Origin: Polaromonas sp.
Lineage (GTDB): Bacteria; Pseudomonadota; Gammaproteobacteria; Burkholderiales; Burkholderiaceae_C
DNA length: 64,000 nt
Direction: 5' to 3'
Assembly (NCBI GenBank): GCA_038902915.1
Contig: JBCKNC010000001.1
Location: forward strand, 1,350 to 65,349
The translations under genes were made by a program, and so were the position numbers. The notes beneath the pieces are model-generated. The model ran no database searches. It worked only from the letters and a program-made list of their open reading frames with translations, and was not told the origin of the DNA. Positions 40,784-50,818 of the stretch are shown piece after piece; within the stretch, counting starts at the first letter, position 1, and each line of letters opens with the position of its first letter.

Positions 40784-41575
40784 ATGAAATTTCTGGCTTT
40801 TGATACCAGTACCGACGTGATGTCCATCGCCGTGACCGATGGCGCGTGTGTGTGGCAGCACACCGGGCCTGGCGGTGCCAAGGCATCGACCACCTTGATC
40901 CCGGCGATTCTGGCGTTGCTGGCTGAATCTGGTTTGCTACTGGCGGATCTTGATGCGATTGCCTTTGGCCGTGGCCCCGGCTCGTTTACCGGCCTGCGCA
41001 CAGCCTGTGCGGTGGCGCAGGGCTTGGCTTACGGAGCCGGTGCAGGCGTGAGCATCAAGGTGCTGCCGATTGACACGCTGATGGCCGTGGCTGAAGAAGC
41101 GCGCTTTCAGCAGGCGCTTGCAGCCACTGATAGGGCGCCATTGCGCATCACCGCGCTGCTCGATGCCCGGATGGACGAAATGTATGTGCAGCGCTTTCAA
41201 TTTGTCGGCAAGCACTGCACCGCCGTTGATGCGTGCGAGCTGATCCGGCCTGAAAACCTCGCCGCTCATCTTGTTGCTGAGGCGGCCGATAGCCTGCTGG
41301 CTGGCAATGTGTTTGATGTGTATCAGGGCCGGCTGCCGACCTTCCCACAGGGTGTGAATGGCGTGAATGTCGTAAAGGCCCTGCCGACTGCAACGGCCTT
41401 GCTGCGGCTGGCCCCCGCGCTGGCCGCTAGCGGTCATTGTGTGGATGCGGCTTTGGCCCTGCCGCTTTATGTTCGCGATAAAGTAGCACTGACGACCGAA
41501 GAGCGGGCCATCGTTAAAGAGCAAAAAACCCAGTCCGCGCTGCATCGTGAGACAGCACATGAACGCCATTCTTAA
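40784..41575 (+). CDS. tsaB: tRNA threonylcarbamoyladenosine biosynthesis protein
   Basis: LAFDTST, GRGPGSFTGLR, DARMDEMY, PLYVRDKVA. Confidence 0.95.
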   Translation: MKFLAFDTSTDVMSIAVTDGACVWQHTGPGGAKASTTLIPAILALLAESGLLLADLDAIAFGRGPGSFTGLRTACAVAQGLAYGAGAGVSIKVLPIDTLMAVAEEARFQQALAATDRAPLRITALLDARMDEMYVQRFQFVGKHCTAVDACELIRPENLAAHLVAEAADSLLAGNVFDVYQGRLPTFPQGVNGVNVVKALPTATALLRLAPALAASGHCVDAALALPLYVRDKVALTTEERAIVKEQKTQSALHRETAHERHS

Positions 41576-42092
41576 ACCTGTACAGCCCCTGAGGGCACTC
41601 GAAGCCCAGTTCCAGGCCATGACACCCGCCTGGCTGGACAGCGTGGTGTGCGTGGAGCAAAGCGCGTATACCCATCCGTGGACTATCGGCAACTTCACCG
41701 ATTCGCTGAAGTCGGGCTATGAGGCGCAAATGTTGCTGGCCGGTACTTCGCTAGAGCCGAACAGCGCAAAAGTCGCAGAACTGCTGGGCTACTTTGTCGC
41801 CATGAAGGGGGTTGGTGAAGTCCATCTGCTCAACCTCACGGTTGCGCCCCCGCATCAGCGGCAGAGCTGGGCGCGTGTGATGCTCGATGCACTGGCCATC
41901 TGGGCACGCGGCCAGGGGGCGCAGTGGCTGTGGCTGGAAGTGCGGGTGAGCAACGCCAGAGCCAAAGCAATTTACGTACACTACGGCTTTCGTGAGGTCG
42001 GCCTGCGCCGCAACTACTACCCCGAAGGCGGCAACGCAGCAGGCCAGCCGCCGACGCGCGAAGATGCCCGTGTGATGAGCTTTGCACTATGA
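41559..42092 (+). CDS. rimI: Ribosomal protein S18 alanine N-acetyltransferase
   Basis: HPW, LLNLTV, WLEVRVSN, RRNYY, EDA; follows tsaB. Confidence 0.92.
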   Translation: MNAILKPVQPLRALEAQFQAMTPAWLDSVVCVEQSAYTHPWTIGNFTDSLKSGYEAQMLLAGTSLEPNSAKVAELLGYFVAMKGVGEVHLLNLTVAPPHQRQSWARVMLDALAIWARGQGAQWLWLEVRVSNARAKAIYVHYGFREVGLRRNYYPEGGNAAGQPPTREDARVMSFAL

Positions 42093-42107
42093 GTCATTTA
42101 CCCATGA

Positions 42108-42331
42108 GGGCACTTCTAGAAATTCAGATTTTCAGGATAAAGTGCAAGGCGCGTGGAGCGGAGCAACCGGAAGAGGGTTATTGGGGTCAGACGCCAATTT
42201 CATTGCGGTGCATTGCACCGCCCCAGAAGGGCGTGCCGGAGGCACGATGAATTTGGACTCTGACCCCAAAAACCCTGTGAGCACCGCGCAACGCAGCAAT
42301 TTGCCTGAAAAATGAATTTATAGAGGTGCCC
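42108..42331. mobile_element. MITE M1 carrying a nested type B GGGGTCAGA palindrome (42175-42275)
   Basis: GGGCACTTCTAGAAATTCAG...TGAATTTATAGAGGTGCCC; 4-bp duplication ATGA at 42104-42107 and 42332-42335. Confidence 0.88.
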
Positions 42332-43054
42332 ATGAGCTTGAACCTGGACAAACGCCACCGCGCCATGCTGCGCGAGATGGGTGTGCGGGTCTGGCAGCCT
42401 CTGTCGTCTGTTGTACCTGACCTGCCTGTCGTGCCTGCCCCGTCAGTAGCCAGCGAGGCAGCCCCTTTACCTAAAACAGCACCCGCAAGGGCTGCCCAGC
42501 CTGAATCACAAAATCTAGACGGCGCGGCGGCTGCCTGGCGTGTTGGCGAGGCAGTTTCGCTCTACGGAGATGTGGCAGATGCGGCAGATGCAGTAGATGC
42601 CAGCACAGGCAGCGGCCCGCGCTGGCTGGTGTTGCTGGAGGCACCCGCTGCGGCGTTGCTCTCTGGCGTGTTCCAGCCTTTCGACGGCGACGCAGGCAGG
42701 CTGCTTGACAACATGCTGCGTGCGGCGGGTTTGCACAAGGCCGGCGCAGCGCTGCTGGCACCACTGGTTCGGCAGGCCGGAGGCGAAAGCGCATCCGTCA
42801 ATCTCGTCCGCACGCTGACGGACTTGTTCGCCTCGGTGCGGCCTGATGTGGTGCTGGTCATGGGCCGGCTCGCAGCGCAGGCGCTGTTGCAGTCAACCGA
42901 GCCCCTTGGCAAGCTGCGCGGCAGGGTGCATGAGCTGCACGGCCGACAAGCCGTCGTCACGCATGACGCGGCGAGTCTGCTGCGTCATCCGCTCGAAAAG
43001 GCAAAAGCCTGGGAAGACCTGTGCTTAGCCATCGGCTTGGCCAGCGGTTCGTAG
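42332..43054 (+). CDS. Uracil-DNA glycosylase-like protein (degenerate family 4 type)
   Basis: PFDGDAGRLLDNML, MGRLAAQALL, LGKLRG, KAKAWEDL; lacks the Fe-S cysteines; usual position after rimI. Confidence 0.75.
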   Translation: MSLNLDKRHRAMLREMGVRVWQPLSSVVPDLPVVPAPSVASEAAPLPKTAPARAAQPESQNLDGAAAAWRVGEAVSLYGDVADAADAVDASTGSGPRWLVLLEAPAAALLSGVFQPFDGDAGRLLDNMLRAAGLHKAGAALLAPLVRQAGGESASVNLVRTLTDLFASVRPDVVLVMGRLAAQALLQSTEPLGKLRGRVHELHGRQAVVTHDAASLLRHPLEKAKAWEDLCLAIGLASGS

Positions 43055-43070
43055 TTCTTACAATCAAGGC

Positions 43071-43928
43071 ATGACCAAGACAGCCACAACCTTCATTGAC
43101 ATGCTGGCCGCAGCCGGGCTGCAAAACCATTCCATGCTGTGCGTTGGCCTTGACCCTGAGCCGGTCAAATTTCCTGCGACATTCAAAGGCGATGCCAGCA
43201 AAATCTACGACTTTTGCGCCGCCATCGTTGATGCAACGGCCGACCTGGTGATGGCCTTCAAACCGCAGATTGCCTACTTCGCCGCGCACCGCGCCGAAGA
43301 GCAGCTTGAGCGTTTGATCGCGCACATCAAACGCACTGCGCCGCAAGTGCCTGTCATTCTGGATGCCAAGCGTGGCGACATGGGTGCTACCTCTGAGCAA
43401 TATGCCATCGAAGCGTTTGAACGCTATGGCGCGGATGCCCTCACGCTCTCGCCCTTCATGGGTTTTGATTCTGTTGCCCCGTATTTGAAGTACCACGGCA
43501 AGGGCGCATTCCTGCTCTGCCGCACATCCAACCCCGGCGGTGACGACCTGCAAAACCAGCGCCTGGCATCGGTTGACGGCATGCCGCTGCTGTATGAATA
43601 CATTGCGCAACTGGCGCAGGGGCGGTGGAATCTCAATGGCCAGTTGGGGTTGGTCGTGGGCGCGACTTACCCGACCGAGATCGAGCGTGTGCGCGCGCTG
43701 GCACCGACGTTGCCCTTGCTCATTCCAGGTGTCGGCGCGCAGGGCGGCGATGCGGTAGCGGCGGTCAAGGCCGGCTGGAGGCCTGGCGCACCGATTGTTG
43801 TGAATTCTTCGCGGGCGATTTTGTATGCTTCAAGCGGGGGCGATTTTGCCGCTGCTGCGCGCCGCGAAGCCTTGCGCACGCGGGATCTGCTGGAGGCCGC
43901 AAGGCTAGGGGTCACAATCAAGCCATGA
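43071..43928 (+). CDS. pyrF: Orotidine-5'-phosphate decarboxylase
   Basis: LCVGLDP, FKPQIAYF, ILDAKRGDMG, RTSNPG, PGVGAQGG. Confidence 0.96.
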   Translation: MTKTATTFIDMLAAAGLQNHSMLCVGLDPEPVKFPATFKGDASKIYDFCAAIVDATADLVMAFKPQIAYFAAHRAEEQLERLIAHIKRTAPQVPVILDAKRGDMGATSEQYAIEAFERYGADALTLSPFMGFDSVAPYLKYHGKGAFLLCRTSNPGGDDLQNQRLASVDGMPLLYEYIAQLAQGRWNLNGQLGLVVGATYPTEIERVRALAPTLPLLIPGVGAQGGDAVAAVKAGWRPGAPIVVNSSRAILYASSGGDFAAAARREALRTRDLLEAARLGVTIKP

Positions 43929-44938
43929 CGCTGACCGAACTCAAATACATCGTGGCTGTCGCCCGTGAAAAGCACTTCGGCAAGGGCGCAGATGCCTGCC
44001 ATGTGTCGCAACCCACCCTCAGCGTGGCCATCAAGAAACTTGAAGAAGAGTTGCAGGTCAAACTGTTCGAGCGTAACGCCCATGAAATCACCGTCACGCC
44101 CTTGGGTGAAGAAATCATCCGTCAGGCACAAAGCGTGCTGGAGCAGGCCGACAACATCCGTGAAATTGCCAAGCGCGGCAAAGACCCGCTCGCAGGCGCT
44201 TTGCGTCTGGGTGTGATCTACACCATAGGCCCGTACCTGCTGCCCGACCTGGTGCGCCAGGTGATTGCTCGCACCCCGCAAATGCCGCTGATGCTGCAAG
44301 AGAACTTCACCGTCAAGCTGCTGGAAGAGCTGCGCAATGGCGAGATCGACTGTGCGATTTTGGCCGAGCCCTTCCACGACACCAACCTGGCGATTGCACC
44401 GTTGTATGACGAGCCCTTTATGGCCGCCGTGCCCAGTGGTCATGCCCTGGCACTGCGCAGCAGCGTGACCGTCGAAGAGATGAAAAAAGAAACCATGCTG
44501 CTGCTCGGCAACGGCCACTGCTTTCGTGACCATGTGCTTGAAGTTTGCCCCGAGTTCGCGCGGTTTTCCAGCCGTGCAGATGGCATCAGCAAAAGCTTCC
44601 AGGGCTCGTCGCTGGAGACCATCAAACATATGGTGGCCGCCGGCATGGGCATCACGCTGGTGCCGCGGCTGGGCGTGCCAAAAGAAGCGCTGATCGAGCA
44701 GTCGGCGAAAAAGAAAACCGCTAAAACCAAAGTGAATAAAGTCAATAAAGTCAATAAGGTCAATAAGGTCGCCGCCGAGCAGCCATCCTTCATCAAATAC
44801 CTGCCGTTTGAAGGCCACATACCGAGTCGCCGCGTGGTGCTGGCCTGGCGCCGCAGTTTTACGCGCTATGAAGCCATTGCAGCGCTGCGCAACGCGATAT
44901 ATGCCTGTGAGCTACCGGGTGTCACTCGGTTGTCTTAA
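43925..44938 (+). CDS. oxyR: Hydrogen peroxide-sensing LysR regulator
   Basis: MTLTELKY LysR HTH; GHCFRDHVLEVC with the OxyR Cys pair; GSSLETI. Confidence 0.88.
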   Translation: MTLTELKYIVAVAREKHFGKGADACHVSQPTLSVAIKKLEEELQVKLFERNAHEITVTPLGEEIIRQAQSVLEQADNIREIAKRGKDPLAGALRLGVIYTIGPYLLPDLVRQVIARTPQMPLMLQENFTVKLLEELRNGEIDCAILAEPFHDTNLAIAPLYDEPFMAAVPSGHALALRSSVTVEEMKKETMLLLGNGHCFRDHVLEVCPEFARFSSRADGISKSFQGSSLETIKHMVAAGMGITLVPRLGVPKEALIEQSAKKKTAKTKVNKVNKVNKVNKVAAEQPSFIKYLPFEGHIPSRRVVLAWRRSFTRYEAIAALRNAIYACELPGVTRLS

Positions 44939-44953
44939 CGGTTTAAAAGCGGT

Positions 44954-45814
44954 TTGAAAAACAAACTCAGCCTTTACCTTCAGCTCATCCGCTGGGATCG
45001 TCCTGCGGGTTGGCTGCTTTTGCTGTGGCCCACGCTGTCGGCGCTGTGGGTTGCGTGGCATGGTTTTCCGGGCTGGCACATGGTGCTGGTGTTCACGCTG
45101 GGGACTTTTTTAATGCGCAGCGCGGGCTGCTGCATCAATGATGTGGCCGACCGCGACTTTGACCGCCACGTCAAGCGCACTGCCGGGCGGCCCGTGACCA
45201 GCGGCAAGGTGTCGGCTAAAGAGGCGCTGGTGCTGGGCGCGCTGCTGGCGCTGCTGGCCTTTGGCCTGGTGCTCACCACCAACCGCACTGCCATCGCCTG
45301 GTCGTTTGCTGCGCTGGCCATCACGCTCGCTTACCCGTTTGCCAAACGCTTTGTAGCCATGCCGCAGGCGGTGCTGGGCGTGGCTTTCAGCTTTGGCATC
45401 CCGATGGCGTTTGCCGCTGCCCAATCACGTGTGCCGGCTCTAGCCTGGGTGATGTTGCTGGGTAATCTGTTCTGGGTGATTGCCTACGACACTGAATACG
45501 CGATGGTCGACCGGGATGACGACCTTCGCATCGGCATGAAAACATCGGCCATCACGCTTGGGCGTTTTGACGTCGTAGCGGTGATGTTTTGCTACGCGGC
45601 TTTTCTGTGCATCTGGCTGCTGGCTTTGTGGCCGCAGACACCGTCATGGTCTTCATGGTTATTTCTGTTGGGGATTGCAGCCGCAGCCTTGCAGGCGCTT
45701 TGGCACTTCACCCTGATCCGCAAACGTGAGCGTGACGGCTGCTTCAGGGCTTTCAGGCTGAACCACTGGCTGGGGTTTGCGGTGTTTGCCGGCATCGCGC
45801 TATCGTCGCTGTAG
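44954..45814 (+). CDS. ubiA: 4-hydroxybenzoate polyprenyltransferase
   Basis: [44 protein letters not shown]. Confidence 0.96.
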   Translation: MKNKLSLYLQLIRWDRPAGWLLLLWPTLSALWVAWHGFPGWHMVLVFTLGTFLMRSAGCCINDVADRDFDRHVKRTAGRPVTSGKVSAKEALVLGALLALLAFGLVLTTNRTAIAWSFAALAITLAYPFAKRFVAMPQAVLGVAFSFGIPMAFAAAQSRVPALAWVMLLGNLFWVIAYDTEYAMVDRDDDLRIGMKTSAITLGRFDVVAVMFCYAAFLCIWLLALWPQTPSWSSWLFLLGIAAAALQALWHFTLIRKRERDGCFRAFRLNHWLGFAVFAGIALSSL

Positions 45815-45821
45815 CCACATT

Positions 45822-46002
45822 ATTCCAATTCGCATTAGAAAGGAGAACAAGGCGCGGGTTATTGGGGTCAGACACCAATTTCGCTGCAGTGCAAGCACTG
45901 CACCCTACGGGTGAGCCAAAGGCTCGGCGAATTTGGGCTCTGACCCCAAAAACCCCGGCAAAGCGAAGCAACGCAGTTATCGTTTTTAATGCGGATTGGA
46001 AT
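45822..46002. mobile_element. MITE family M2 enclosing a type A GGGGTCAGA palindrome (45856-45955)
   Basis: Outer inverted repeats ATTCCAATTCGCATTAGAA / TTTTAATGCGGATTGGAAT (17/19); no clear target duplication; right end touches the proC stop. Confidence 0.7.
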
Positions 46003-46850
46003 CAGCTCGCGCCAAACTCGTCGCCTAACTCGCGTGCCCGCTGCCTAGCTGCGTGCATGGCCCGCATAAATAGATTTTTCACGTTGTCCTGCTCCATCGA
46101 GGTGATGGCAGCATAGGTGGTGCCACCCTTGGACGTGACCCGTGCGCGCAGCGTTTCGGGCGGCTCATCAGATGCCTTGGCCAGTGCCGACGAGCCAACA
46201 AAGGTGCCGACTGCCAGCTTGTGCGCCTGCTCCCGGCTCAGGCCCATTTCGGTTCCGGCCTGCACCATGGCCTCGATGAAATAAAACACATAGGCCGGGC
46301 CCGAGCCGGACAGCGCGGTCACGGCATCAAGCTGCGCTTCCTGGTCCAGCCACAGATGGTCACCGGTGGTCTCGATCACGCGCTCGACCGCCAGCCGGTC
46401 CGCTGCGGTAACCGTCGGTCGGGCGAAGAGGGCGGTCATGCCTTTGCCGATCAGGGCCGGCGTATTGGGCATGGAGCGCACCACCCGTTCGGTGCCCAGC
46501 CACTGGGCAATGCTGTCCGAGCGGATGCCTGCGGCCACGCTCAGGTGCAGGGCGACCTGGGTGTGTACGCGGGTTTGCGCTGCTGCCTCCTTGAAGGTTT
46601 GCGGCTTGACGGCCCAGACCACGATGGCGGCGCTGGCCAGCGCCGCGCCCGGCGTCGCTTCAGCCTGCAGGCCAAAGTCTTGCTTGAGCTTGGCGCGCTG
46701 CTCGTCAAAAGGCTCGACCACCTGGATCTGGCTGGCAGCTAGGCCGCGCTTGATAAGCCCGCCAATGATGGCGCTGGCCATGTTGCCGCCGCCTATAAAT
46801 GCGATATTCATGGCAATAGTTTGATTCTGCGCTGGTGTGTTGACTGTCAT
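46002..46850 (-). CDS. proC: Pyrroline-5-carboxylate reductase
   Basis: FIGGGNMA, AVKPQ, RSMPNTP, TALSGSGPAY, VTSKGGTT. Confidence 0.96.
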   Translation of the reverse strand: MTVNTPAQNQTIAMNIAFIGGGNMASAIIGGLIKRGLAASQIQVVEPFDEQRAKLKQDFGLQAEATPGAALASAAIVVWAVKPQTFKEAAAQTRVHTQVALHLSVAAGIRSDSIAQWLGTERVVRSMPNTPALIGKGMTALFARPTVTAADRLAVERVIETTGDHLWLDQEAQLDAVTALSGSGPAYVFYFIEAMVQAGTEMGLSREQAHKLAVGTFVGSSALAKASDEPPETLRARVTSKGGTTYAAITSMEQDNVKNLFMRAMHAARQRARELGDEFGAS

Positions 46851-46921
46851 GTGGCTACTCCTGAAGCAGTGATGGTATATCCGCGCGCCGTCGCCAGATG
46901 GATTGCGTTAACCTTTGGGCA

Positions 46922-48472
46922 ATGAGCTACATCCTCGCACTCGACCAGGGCACCACCAGTTCCCGCGCCATGCTGTTCGACCATTCGGGCACGGTGGTGG
47001 CGCAGGCGCAGCAAGAGTTTGCGCAAATCTTCTCTAGGCCCGGCTGGGTGGAGCATGATGCGCGTGAAATCTGGTCGACGCAGCTCGAAGTAGCTAGACA
47101 ATGCCTAAAAATGATGCCAAATACGGCTGTAGGCCAATCAATACGCGCGCAACCAGCTACTGATTCAATAGCATCCATCAGCGCAATCGGCATCACCAAC
47201 CAGCGCGAAACCACGCTGCTGTGGGATCGCAAAACCAGCCAGCCCGTTGCCAACGCCATCGTCTGGCAAGACAGGCGCACCGCAGGCCGCTGCGACGAGC
47301 TGCGCCAAGCGGGTCATGCAGACATGATCCAGCAAAAAACCGGACTGGTACTCGATGCCTACTTCTCGGCCACCAAGCTGCAATGGCTGTTAGAGAACAT
47401 CCCCGGTGTGCGTGAAAAAGCCGAAAAAGGCGAGCTGGCCTTTGGCACCATAGACAGCTGGCTGGTGTGGAACCTCACCCAGGGCGGCGTACACGTCACC
47501 GATGTCAGCAACGCCTCCCGCAGCATGCTGTTTAACCTGCACACCATGCAGTGGGACGACGAGCTGCTGGCGCTCTTCAATATTCCCCGCAGCGTGCTGC
47601 CTGAAGTGGTGGCCAGCAGCGGCATGGTGGGCCGCACTGACGCGGCGCTGCTAGGTGCGGCCATCCCGATTGCAGGCATCGCGGGCGACCAGCAAGCCGC
47701 CACTTTTGGCCAGGTCTGTTTTGAGGCAGGCATGGCCAAAAACACCTACGGCACGGGCTGCTTCATGCTGATGAACACGGGCAGCAAGCTGGTGGTATCG
47801 AAGAACAAACTGCTGACGACCGTCGGCTGGCAGCTTGATACAAAGGACAAGGTGAAGGGGCACACCACATATTGCCTCGAAGGCAGCGTCTTCATGGGCG
47901 GCGCGACCATCCAGTGGCTGCGCGATGGCCTGCAAATCATCCAGTCAGCCGCAGACGTGCAGCTACTCGCCGCCAGCGTGCTAGATACTGGTGATGTGTA
48001 CCTGGTGCCGGCCTTCGCAGGCCTGGGCACCCCCCACTGGGACCCGTATGCGCGCGGCGCGCTGCTGGGCATGACACGCGGCACAACCAGGGCACACATC
48101 GCCAGAGCCGCACTAGAGGCCATCGCCCTGCAAAGTGCCGACGTGTTCACGGCCATGAGCCTGGACGCAGGCTTGGGACTCAAAGCCCTGCGCGTGGATG
48201 GCGGCGCCAGCAAAAATGATTTGCTGATGCAGATGCAAGCCGACTTTTCAGGCGTACCCGTGGTGCGGCCCAAAGTGCTGGAGGCCACCGCGCTGGGCGC
48301 AGCGTATCTGGCGGGGTTGGCGGTTGGCTTTTGGGCCAGTACCGAGGAGCTTGCTGCCCTGTGGCAAATCGACAAAACATTCGAGCCAAAAATCAGCGCG
48401 GATGCACGCGCCGCCAAGCTGGCGCGCTGGCACAAGGCGGTGGGGCAGTCCAGGCGCTGGGTTGAAGCGTAA
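46922..48472 (+). CDS. glpK: Glycerol kinase
   Basis: [39 protein letters not shown]. Confidence 0.97.
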   Translation: MSYILALDQGTTSSRAMLFDHSGTVVAQAQQEFAQIFSRPGWVEHDAREIWSTQLEVARQCLKMMPNTAVGQSIRAQPATDSIASISAIGITNQRETTLLWDRKTSQPVANAIVWQDRRTAGRCDELRQAGHADMIQQKTGLVLDAYFSATKLQWLLENIPGVREKAEKGELAFGTIDSWLVWNLTQGGVHVTDVSNASRSMLFNLHTMQWDDELLALFNIPRSVLPEVVASSGMVGRTDAALLGAAIPIAGIAGDQQAATFGQVCFEAGMAKNTYGTGCFMLMNTGSKLVVSKNKLLTTVGWQLDTKDKVKGHTTYCLEGSVFMGGATIQWLRDGLQIIQSAADVQLLAASVLDTGDVYLVPAFAGLGTPHWDPYARGALLGMTRGTTRAHIARAALEAIALQSADVFTAMSLDAGLGLKALRVDGGASKNDLLMQMQADFSGVPVVRPKVLEATALGAAYLAGLAVGFWASTEELAALWQIDKTFEPKISADARAAKLARWHKAVGQSRRWVEA

Positions 48473-48580
48473 AAGTTTTTGCTATGAATTTGGTAGCTGG
48501 TAGCGCCTGTTTTGATTGAGTTGCAGACCTAAAATGTGCCCTAAAAATGGTTTAAAAATAGCTTTTTAAATCTCCTAAAT

Positions 48581-50191
48581 ATGAAACCTACAAACAGGGC
48601 CGACTTAATCCAGCAACTGGCGCGGCCCGTCACCTACGACGTGGCCGTGATCGGCGGCGGCGCGACTGGGCTTGGCGTGGCGTTGGACGCTGCCGCCCGT
48701 GGGTTTTCGGTGCTGCTGGTGGAGTCGCATGACTTTGCCAAGGGCACCTCGTCGCGGGCGACCAAGCTGGTTCACGGTGGTGTGCGCTATCTGGCGCAGG
48801 GCAACATTGCGCTGGTGCGCGAAGCCCTGCACGAGCGCACCACGCTGCTGGCTAACGCTCCGCACCTGGCGCAGCCGTTGGCCTTTGTGATGCCGTCGTA
48901 CAAGTTCTGGGAAGCTCCTTTTTACGGCGTGGGGCTGAAGATATATGACGCGCTGGCGGGCAAGGAGGGCCTGGGCGCGACTGAATTTTTAAACCGTGAC
49001 GAGACGCTGGCGCTTTTGCCAAACAGCAAGCGGCAAGGCGCGGTCGGTAAATTATGTGGCGGGGTCAAGTACTGGGACGGCCAGTTTGACGATGCCAGGT
49101 TAGCGCTGGCGCTGGCCCGTACCGCCGCAGAGCAGGGCGCGCTACTGGTCAACTATTGCAGCGCCACCGGTTTGTTGCACGAGGCTGGCAAGGTCGTTGG
49201 CCTACAGGTGAAGGATCAACAAACCGGTAAAAACTACGCCATCAAATCTGGCTGTGTGGTTAACGCCACAGGCGTGTGGGTAGACCATTTGCGTATGGAA
49301 GACGGTGCGGCGATTGGCTGCAGCGTCAAGCCCATGGTTGCGCCCAGCCAGGGCGTGCATATTGTGGTGGAGCGCGAGTTTTTACCCGGCGACCACGCCA
49401 TGCTGATCCCCAAAACGGCTGATGGTCGGGTGCTGTTTGCCATTCCCTGGTTGGGAAAAGTTATTTTGGGCACAACCGACACGCCGCGCCATGACCTGGC
49501 GCGCGAGCCGCTGGCCTTTAAAGAAGAGGTGGACTTTATCCTCGGCGAATCGGCTCGGTACCTGAGCCGCGCGCCGACTCGCTCTGACATTAAAAGTATC
49601 TGGGTCGGCTTGCGGCCATTGGTTAAACCGGCTGATGAAGACGCTGACAGCACCAAAGAACAAACTAAGGGCATCTCCCGTGAGCACACGGTTCTGGTCA
49701 GTAAAAGCGGTCTGGTCACAGTGACAGGTGGCAAATGGACAACTTACCGCGCCATGGCCGAGAACGTGCTGGGCAAGTGCTTTGCGGCAAGCCTGCTCCC
49801 GACTAAACCCAGTGTGACGGCTCATTTGCGGTTAGTCGGCGCTCACACTGATGGTAAAACTTCAGGGCAAAAAATCAGCGATGCACCCGGCCTGCATCTG
49901 TATGGCAGCGAGGCGGGCGCGGTTCAGGCCATGGCCGAAGACGAGGCACTGGGCGGTGGTTTGAGCGTCGCGATGGTGCGGTTTGCGGCGAGGTATGAGT
50001 ACGCATTGACGGTTGAAGATGTGCTGGCCAGGCGCTCACGGCTGCTGTTTCTGGATGCCGCGCTGGCCAAGTCAATGGCGGCCAAGGTGGCGGACTTGCT
50101 CCAGAAAGAGACTGGCGTTGACCCGCAACTGAAGGACTTTTTGGTGCTATGTGACCAGTATTTCGACCGGTATTTGCATGTTCCGCCATGA
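48581..50191 (+). CDS. glpD: FAD-dependent glycerol-3-phosphate dehydrogenase
   Basis: IGGGATG, GTSSRATKLVHGGVRYL, GGKWTTYRAMAE. Confidence 0.94.
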   Translation: MKPTNRADLIQQLARPVTYDVAVIGGGATGLGVALDAAARGFSVLLVESHDFAKGTSSRATKLVHGGVRYLAQGNIALVREALHERTTLLANAPHLAQPLAFVMPSYKFWEAPFYGVGLKIYDALAGKEGLGATEFLNRDETLALLPNSKRQGAVGKLCGGVKYWDGQFDDARLALALARTAAEQGALLVNYCSATGLLHEAGKVVGLQVKDQQTGKNYAIKSGCVVNATGVWVDHLRMEDGAAIGCSVKPMVAPSQGVHIVVEREFLPGDHAMLIPKTADGRVLFAIPWLGKVILGTTDTPRHDLAREPLAFKEEVDFILGESARYLSRAPTRSDIKSIWVGLRPLVKPADEDADSTKEQTKGISREHTVLVSKSGLVTVTGGKWTTYRAMAENVLGKCFAASLLPTKPSVTAHLRLVGAHTDGKTSGQKISDAPGLHLYGSEAGAVQAMAEDEALGGGLSVAMVRFAARYEYALTVEDVLARRSRLLFLDAALAKSMAAKVADLLQKETGVDPQLKDFLVLCDQYFDRYLHVPP

Positions 50192-50228
50192 ACCGCATGA
50201 AATTAAGGGGTATTTTTGCCCCAGGGTG

Positions 50229-50257
50229 TTGACACAGCCACCCGGTTTGATGATAAT
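50229..50257 (+). promoter_or_regulatory. Sigma70 promoter of the spc operon
   Basis: TTGACA-N17-GATAAT about 180 nt upstream of rplN. Confidence 0.75.
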
Positions 50258-50438
50258 CATAGGCTTCGCTCGCAAAAAAGCGAGGAATTCTGTTTGAATA
50301 CGGAATACGCAAATAACTTGAAATAACTTGCCTAACGGGAAGCAACGCGAATAGTTCGCGGTGTGGACGACGGGCCCAAGACTGATCGATGGTGTGGTTT
50401 GTAAAAACTGCTTTCGGTGCAAGTTGGGACTAAATTTA

Positions 50439-50807
50439 ATGATTCAAACGCAATCCAAACTCGACGTTGCTGACAACACGGGTGCCAAATCCGTGATGTG
50501 CATCAAAGTGCTGGGCGGCTCCAAGCGCCGTTACGCCAGCGTTGGTGATCTCATCAAAGTCAGCATCAAAGAAGCTGCTCCACGTGGCCGCGTCAAAAAA
50601 GGCGAGATTTACACTGCTGTGGTCGTTCGCACCGCCAAGGGCATTCGCCGTGGCGATGGCTCGCTCATCAAATTCGATGGCAACGCGGCCGTGTTGCTTA
50701 ACGCCAAGCTGGAGCCTATCGGCACCCGCATCTTCGGACCAGTGACGCGCGAGTTGCGCACTGAAAAGTTCATGAAGATCGTGTCCCTGGCTCCTGAAGT
50801 TCTGTAA
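50439..50807 (+). CDS. rplN: 50S ribosomal protein L14
   Basis: [17 protein letters not shown]...IVSLAPEVL. Confidence 0.98.
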   Translation: MIQTQSKLDVADNTGAKSVMCIKVLGGSKRRYASVGDLIKVSIKEAAPRGRVKKGEIYTAVVVRTAKGIRRGDGSLIKFDGNAAVLLNAKLEPIGTRIFGPVTRELRTEKFMKIVSLAPEVL

Positions 50808-50818
50808 GGGAACAAGCC

